DNA of 64,000 bases from Promethearchaeati archaeon (GTDB taxonomy: Archaea; Asgardarchaeota; Heimdallarchaeia; Heimdallarchaeales; Heimdallarchaeaceae): positions 1 through 64,000 of the forward strand of contig JABLTJ010000016.1 of the NCBI GenBank assembly GCA_013166775.1, read 5' to 3'. Below, one piece after another: positions 58,535 through 64,000 of the stretch (positions are counted from its first letter, which is position 1; each line of letters starts with the position of its first letter). Made by a program: the position numbers and the translations under genes. The notes below the pieces were generated by a model. The model saw only the letters and a program-made list of their open reading frames with translations, searched no databases and was not told the origin of the DNA.

Positions 58535-59827
58535 ATGCTTGAGATTAATAGATACAAAACTTCCTTGAATGAAATTTTTTCTGAAAAAAAGAAATTTGAA
58601 TTTCAGTTATTAGTAGAAAAAGAATTGGCATATGCTAATTTCAAACTAGGAAAGATACCAAAGGAAGCAAATGAAGTTGTTCAGGCTCGTTGTAATTCAG
58701 AGCATGTAAAACTTGAGAGAGTTAAGGAAATAGAAATAGAAATACATCATGATCTGATGAGTGTAGTCCTAGCAATCTCTGAGCAATGTGGTGAATATGG
58801 TGGTTTTATTCATTTGGGGGCTACCTCCTATGATATTCAAGACACAGTAAGAGGATTACAACTAACTCAAGCAAAGAAAACCATACTTGAAACCCTAAAA
58901 AAAACAACTAAAATTGTAACCGAGTTAGCTGCTGAACATAAGAATCTTGTTTGTATAGGAAGAACACATGGTGCACATGCTATCCCAACAACGTATGGTA
59001 TGAAATTTGGAAACTTCCTAAATGAACTTATTTTAGCAAAAGAAGTACTTGAAAATGCCAAAGTGAATTATGGCAAGATGTCAGGTGCCGTAGGAACTTA
59101 TGCTTCTTTTGGTACAATGGAAATTGAAAAAATAGTTCTTGAAAAATTAAATCTTGAGAAACAACCCATAACTACACAAATAATTTCTCGTGTATTATAT
59201 TCGAAATATATTTTCGCTTTAAGTTTAATTGCAACTGTTCTTGATCATTTTGCAAGAGAAATAAGAAATCTACAAAGGACTGAAATCGATGAGATAAGAG
59301 AATCCTTCTCAGAAGCTCAAGTAGGATCCTCAACTATGCCTCAAAAAAGGAATCCTGATAAAAGTGAGAGGATTTGTGGTTTAGCTAGAGTTATCAGAGG
59401 TTATGTACAAACATCTATGGATAATATATGTTCTGAGCATGAAAGAGATTTAACTAACTCCAGCTCAGAGAGGATAATCCTTTCAGAAGCATCAATTCTA
59501 ACACACTTCATTCTTTTGGAAATGAATAAAATCCTACAATCTCTCTACCTTAACTTACCAAAAATAGAAAAAAATCTCCAGCTTAGAAAGGGAGCACAAT
59601 GTGCTGAGCATCTCATGATAAGAATGGCTGATAAGATCGGAAGACAAAAAGCACACGAACTTCTGAAGAAATTGTCAAACGAAGAAGACTTTATGCAGGC
59701 AGTCAAGAACAATACAGTTATCTCCCAGTACTTCAAAGAAGAGACAATCGAAGAAATCTTAGATCCAAATAATTATGTGGGTTTGTCTACGCAGATAGTA
59801 GAAGAAATTATCAAATCTGATGACTAG
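58535..59827 (+). CDS. purB: Adenylosuccinate lyase
   Basis: HHD, H.GATS.D, GRTH..HA, SGAVG, SSTMPQKRNP, HERD. Confidence 0.95.
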   Translation: MLEINRYKTSLNEIFSEKKKFEFQLLVEKELAYANFKLGKIPKEANEVVQARCNSEHVKLERVKEIEIEIHHDLMSVVLAISEQCGEYGGFIHLGATSYDIQDTVRGLQLTQAKKTILETLKKTTKIVTELAAEHKNLVCIGRTHGAHAIPTTYGMKFGNFLNELILAKEVLENAKVNYGKMSGAVGTYASFGTMEIEKIVLEKLNLEKQPITTQIISRVLYSKYIFALSLIATVLDHFAREIRNLQRTEIDEIRESFSEAQVGSSTMPQKRNPDKSERICGLARVIRGYVQTSMDNICSEHERDLTNSSSERIILSEASILTHFILLEMNKILQSLYLNLPKIEKNLQLRKGAQCAEHLMIRMADKIGRQKAHELLKKLSNEEDFMQAVKNNTVISQYFKEETIEEILDPNNYVGLSTQIVEEIIKSDD

Positions 59828-59849
59828 AAAGATAGATTGATTATTTTAT

Positions 59850-62363
59850 TTAGAGATTTTCCAAAATATCTCTTTCGGTGTTGAGAAGATTTTCCAGAAT
59901 TATTGCTCTACCTGCTTTTTCCAACAATTCCATCAAAGCAACTTGAGGAGATTCAAATTTCCTTGGGGTTGCAAAAACACTCTGAATTTTTACCCCTTCC
60001 ATCCCAAACCATTCAGCCATATTGTATTGAAGAATGAGTAGAAAATTACCAAACTCTTCGATACCTGTTTTTGCAAAATATTCTGAAGCTTGGACTATAA
60101 TTTCATTATGATCCTCTCCTTTCTTTGTAATGATTTGCCACAATAAGTTTACTAGATATGATAGTCCCTTCAAGTAATAGAAATTCGATTCATTTACAAT
60201 ACCACTAATTAATCCAAGATAATTATTTACTTCTTCAGAAACAAAAGATTGATTCAAATTTTCTTTGTATATCTCTGCTATAATCCTTATTAGATTAAAT
60301 AAAACACCTACAGAAATTAGTTTATCGATTTCCAGTGCTTCTTGCAAAGTGCTAATTAATGAACCGTAAGCATCATTATAATTCCCTTTATGAATCTGCT
60401 TAATACCATTCAGAAAACTAATCCAGACTCTAGCATTTTTGATTCCATCACTCTCTTTTTCTTCAAGTTTTTCTATTACTTCAGTAAATAATTCTTCTTT
60501 GTCACTAAAAATATAGAGAAGACCCTTTTCAGCTAAAATATCGACTAAAATATTTACCAACCCATTTTCAAAAAGAAATCTTTCTGCATATTTGTAATCA
60601 TCTATAATTTTATCGTAATTTTCCAAATATAGATTAATTCTAGCCCGATTAAGATTGATGATTACCTTTTCAACCATATTATTCTCGGAAATTATAATAT
60701 CTTGAACCTTCTTGTATCGAATCACGCTCTCTTGGAAATCTCCTTTAAGGGCGAGTATGTCTGCTATCTTTCTTAAGCACCTAACTCTTTTGTTTCTATC
60801 AAAAACGTCTGAATAGTGACTATATGAGGATCGAAGTTTGACTAGTGCTTCATCATATCTTCCTTCTTGTACATCAAATGAAGCCTGCAATTCCTTAATT
60901 TCTGCGATTTTCATGCTGTCCGATATTTTCAGATAGAAGTCTTTTGCTTCATTTAGGTGATTTCCTGCTTTGCTTATATCACCTAATCTAGTATATGCTT
61001 CTGCAATTAAAATATCGCAATTTGCTTGACTTTCTGCATCTCCAACTTCAAAATACAATATTTGGCAAGCTTTTAGAATCAAAATCTGTCTCTTTATATC
61101 ATCATTTCTACTGATAGCAATTTGAGCTCTTAATCTCAAAGAATCAGTTTTTCCTCTTTGATATTGAATTTCTTCAGATAAAGTTTCTATTTGATCTACC
61201 CTTTTTAGTGCATTTTCTATGTTTCCTTGCCTATAATCACCAATAGTTATCTGCACTAATGCCCTTGTAAATTGTCTTTTATTAGCAATATTGACAACAT
61301 TATTGTATGCTTTATCATAGATTTTCTGTGCTTCTTCTTTCTCATTGGTTATTATATAACTATCAGCTAAAGCTAAAAGAGCTAGAAAACTTCTATTATA
61401 GTCATGGTATTGATTTGCAAATGCATAAGATGTGTTAAGACTTTCTCTTGCAAGCTTGTGGTGTCCTAGTTTCTTCAAAATTTGTCCTCGAATGAAATTT
61501 CCTTTTATAAGATAGTATTGAGATATTCCTTGAAGTCTGTCAATTGTCTGTGCAGAGAGTATATTCCCTTTTTTTAACTCTCCTTTTAGGTAATATACAT
61601 AAGCTAAACCTATGTCAGATGCTCCAGTAAGAGGAACATTGGATAAATTCTCTGCTAGTTCTTTTGTTCTTGTATATATCTTTTCTGAAGAAATGAAATC
61701 AGAAGAATCTAGCTTTTGTTCTCCAATAGTTAACAAAGCTATAAGTTGCCAGAACTGATCTTTTGCTTGTTTTCTATTTTCAATAAATTCCTCGATTTTC
61801 TTGAGGCCTTCAACGTTATTTGCTGATTGTTGCTCTACCAGTCCTTCTGCAAAATCCTTGATTTGTTGTAATTGTCCTGGAATTAATCTGCTTTGCCTTT
61901 CATCAAAAATAGCATTAAGCATACCTTTGTAATTATCGATATTCTCTGTGTTTCCAATTGATAATTTTAGATAAATGATCCAGAATAACGCTTCCACTAA
62001 TGGTACTAAATCAGAACTTTCATTTTCAATAATATGATCTAAATGACTAAAAGCTTGATCAACCTCACCTATTTCAAATAGAGCTATACTTCCCCAAACT
62101 CTAGTCCCAGGAATTGATTCAGTAATACATTTAATAGCAAGATCATATTGACCAACAATTACACCAATCTTGCTTGCTAAGTATTTCAGCTCATCATCAT
62201 TTTCATAAACAGGATCCTCTACTAAGTTCCATAATATTCTACCAATCTGTTTTGAAGCATCAGTAGAGAAGCTACCTTCAAGTGTTTGAATCAAGAATTC
62301 TCTTAATTCTGGACTTATTCTGTTCTGATGTGCTATAATTTCTGGAGGGATGGTTTCTGTCAT
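59850..62363 (-). CDS. Large TPR-like alpha-solenoid protein
   Basis: 837 aa of recurrent ~40-aa helical repeats (G.....G....A...). Confidence 0.8.
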   Translation of the reverse strand: MTETIPPEIIAHQNRISPELREFLIQTLEGSFSTDASKQIGRILWNLVEDPVYENDDELKYLASKIGVIVGQYDLAIKCITESIPGTRVWGSIALFEIGEVDQAFSHLDHIIENESSDLVPLVEALFWIIYLKLSIGNTENIDNYKGMLNAIFDERQSRLIPGQLQQIKDFAEGLVEQQSANNVEGLKKIEEFIENRKQAKDQFWQLIALLTIGEQKLDSSDFISSEKIYTRTKELAENLSNVPLTGASDIGLAYVYYLKGELKKGNILSAQTIDRLQGISQYYLIKGNFIRGQILKKLGHHKLARESLNTSYAFANQYHDYNRSFLALLALADSYIITNEKEEAQKIYDKAYNNVVNIANKRQFTRALVQITIGDYRQGNIENALKRVDQIETLSEEIQYQRGKTDSLRLRAQIAISRNDDIKRQILILKACQILYFEVGDAESQANCDILIAEAYTRLGDISKAGNHLNEAKDFYLKISDSMKIAEIKELQASFDVQEGRYDEALVKLRSSYSHYSDVFDRNKRVRCLRKIADILALKGDFQESVIRYKKVQDIIISENNMVEKVIINLNRARINLYLENYDKIIDDYKYAERFLFENGLVNILVDILAEKGLLYIFSDKEELFTEVIEKLEEKESDGIKNARVWISFLNGIKQIHKGNYNDAYGSLISTLQEALEIDKLISVGVLFNLIRIIAEIYKENLNQSFVSEEVNNYLGLISGIVNESNFYYLKGLSYLVNLLWQIITKKGEDHNEIIVQASEYFAKTGIEEFGNFLLILQYNMAEWFGMEGVKIQSVFATPRKFESPQVALMELLEKAGRAIILENLLNTERDILENL

Positions 62364-62431
62364 TAAGAATCATCTGATTTACAACAATCTAAAAATATAA
62401 CTGTGGTATAATAAAAAAACTTTATGTAATT

Positions 62432-62680
62432 CTAAGATGTTCGCATAGCTTCTAGATTGATGTTAACAACTTGATTGACTCCAGGGACACGTTCTTTTAG
62501 AAGTTTTTCTACATAACCTGTCAAAGTTAGCTGGCTATAAGGGCAACCTCTACAAGCTCCTTGCAATTCAACTTTAACAATTCCAGTTTCTTCATCAACT
62601 TCAACTAAATCTATGTCTCCACCATCTTGTTGAAGAGCTACACGAATTTCGTTTAATGTGGCTTGAATTTTTTCTTTCAT
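62432..62680 (-). CDS. NifU-C/Nfu Fe-S carrier protein
   Basis: L..DGGD..L, GACRGCP.S..TL. Confidence 0.93.
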   Translation of the reverse strand: MKEKIQATLNEIRVALQQDGGDIDLVEVDEETGIVKVELQGACRGCPYSQLTLTGYVEKLLKERVPGVNQVVNINLEAMRTS

Positions 62681-62794
62681 TACAATCACAATAATCTATA
62701 GTTGGTATTTCTTAACGAATGGTATTTATAAAATATGCTTTCTATACAAAAACACTCTTCAATTTATTATGTAGTAATATTTTGCTTTTTGATA

Positions 62795-63331
62795 TCATTC
62801 CTTGAACAAAGAACTTGTAAATGGAACTAGAGCAATTATTATATCTCTTTTAAAAACCTCTTTTCTTTGAATTCTATTACCAGTGAATAATGCTATAGCT
62901 CCTCCTTTTCTTTTCGTATCTCTTTCCCCTGAAAGCTTATCAATAACGTCTCCAAGTTCTTTCTCCTTACTCTCTTCAATTTCTCTATAGATTTGTGTTG
63001 GTAAAGGCATTCTTCCTCCTCCAGCAATGGATTTCTTTCCTTCTTTATTGCAGACACATACGAACCAAGTAAGAAATGCTCCAAATTCATCTTTTCCTAG
63101 TCCTCCTTCAAGACTTACATAATAATCTGCTTCTTCTTCTTTAGATTGAGCTATTTCAATACGTTTTACTGCTGATTCAAGTGTTTCTTTTATAGTCATA
63201 GGTTGTTTGTAAACACCAGAATATTGGTTCAAATCTAGTGAAATAAGTTCTAAACGCTTGAAATAGGCATAGAATGCTTCTTCAACCGCTTTAATTTTAA
63301 CTGGATTCTTTGAACAGACAAGAATTTTCAT
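62795..63331 (-). CDS. yjjX: Inosine/xanthosine triphosphatase (YjjX/DUF84)
   Basis: SKNPVKI.AV, SGV..QP, LEGG, ELG.VID, GAI..FT. Confidence 0.92.
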   Translation of the reverse strand: MKILVCSKNPVKIKAVEEAFYAYFKRLELISLDLNQYSGVYKQPMTIKETLESAVKRIEIAQSKEEEADYYVSLEGGLGKDEFGAFLTWFVCVCNKEGKKSIAGGGRMPLPTQIYREIEESKEKELGDVIDKLSGERDTKRKGGAIALFTGNRIQRKEVFKRDIIIALVPFTSSLFKE

Positions 63332-63405
63332 AATATCCACTTTAATGCAAAAGATTATCTTTTTTAAGGATAACTTCATTTCTATCTTTAGAAAGGTGTA
63401 CACTT

Positions 63406-64000
63406 ATGGTAGAATGTCATTACTGTAGAAACCCAGTGCAATCACATTGGAATTTTTGCCGAAAATGCGGGGCACGCTTATTTCATAAAGAAGAAGCAGA
63501 AGAATTAATTGTGAAAGATGAAGTTATTGAGGTAGCAAAAGAGGATCCATCTTCTCCTACAGGTATGATTTATGAACCTCTTGAAGTTGAAGAAGTAGAA
63601 GTAGATGAAGAAGAAGAAAAAAAAGAACACACTGATGAAGAATTAGTTGAAAGAATTGCAGATGTGATAGTTAAGCGAGAAGATTTCAATGCTCTACTAA
63701 AGAAAAAAGCAGATTTAGACGATGAAATTAACAAAATGCTTGATAGAGTTAAAAATAAATTAATACCTAGAAATGAAGCACTGCCAAAGATAAAAGAACT
63801 CAAGGAAGAAGTTGATGCAGTTACTGCAAGAGAAACAGATTTTGAGAATTTTTCAGCTATACTACCAATTGAAGAAATAATTGAAGATAGAGCTAACGAA
63901 CGTAAAAAACTCAAAAAACTAAGTGCTCTGAAAGGAGACAAAGCAGTCAGTAGGGCTACTTTTGATGAGATGGAAACAAAATATAAGAAGAATATAGAAA
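63406..64000 (+). CDS. Zinc-ribbon + acidic linker + coiled-coil protein (3'-partial; absent from the ORF track)
   Basis: ATG 63406 after AAGGTG. Translates MVECHYCRNPVQSHWNFCRKCGARL..., open to the window end. Confidence 0.85.
   Translation, partial: MVECHYCRNPVQSHWNFCRKCGARLFHKEEAEELIVKDEVIEVAKEDPSSPTGMIYEPLEVEEVEVDEEEEKKEHTDEELVERIADVIVKREDFNALLKKKADLDDEINKMLDRVKNKLIPRNEALPKIKELKEEVDAVTARETDFENFSAILPIEEIIEDRANERKKLKKLSALKGDKAVSRATFDEMETKYKKNIE

Noticed and set aside
151-63090. Numerous other 60-130 aa ORFs nested in or antisense to long genes
   Set aside because: They overlap well-supported CDSs and show no motifs, so they were treated as shadow ORFs.
63570-63941. 123-aa Ser-rich minus-strand ORF
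   Set aside because: Shadow of the real + strand gene starting at 63406.

Overview
AT-rich, gene-dense archaeal window. It is almost certainly from an Asgard archaeon, most consistent with Heimdallarchaeia; this is inferred from gene content only. Evidence for that origin: a co-oriented ubiquitin/ESCRT cluster (ubiquitin, E1, UEV-Vps23-Vps28 ESCRT-I fusion, EAP30/Vps22-type ESCRT-II subunit), a Rab-like GTPase, V4R domains, a thermosome, and archease plus RtcB. Next to the ESCRT cluster is a stand-alone 522-aa TnpB-family nuclease with no transposase. Its RuvC active site is rearranged in the Fanzor manner (Gly375 at the canonical RuvC-II Glu position, alternative Glu428). It is flanked on both sides by long self-complementary non-coding segments (about 5165-5430 and 7040-7250). 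The rest is mostly metabolism, especially amino-acid catabolism: two divergent MIO ammonia-lyases, HutI, HutU, glycine cleavage P1/P2/H/T, tyrosine phenol-lyase, a ureohydrolase and an ADP-forming acyl-CoA synthetase beta subunit. There are also several unusual domain fusions (thioredoxin-V4R-V4R, PNPOx-like-MenA, ferredoxin-radical SAM). I recognised no rRNA, tRNA or CRISPR array. All calls are by-eye motif recognition without database searches, and several starts were moved to a downstream Met where the ORF-track start was implausible.
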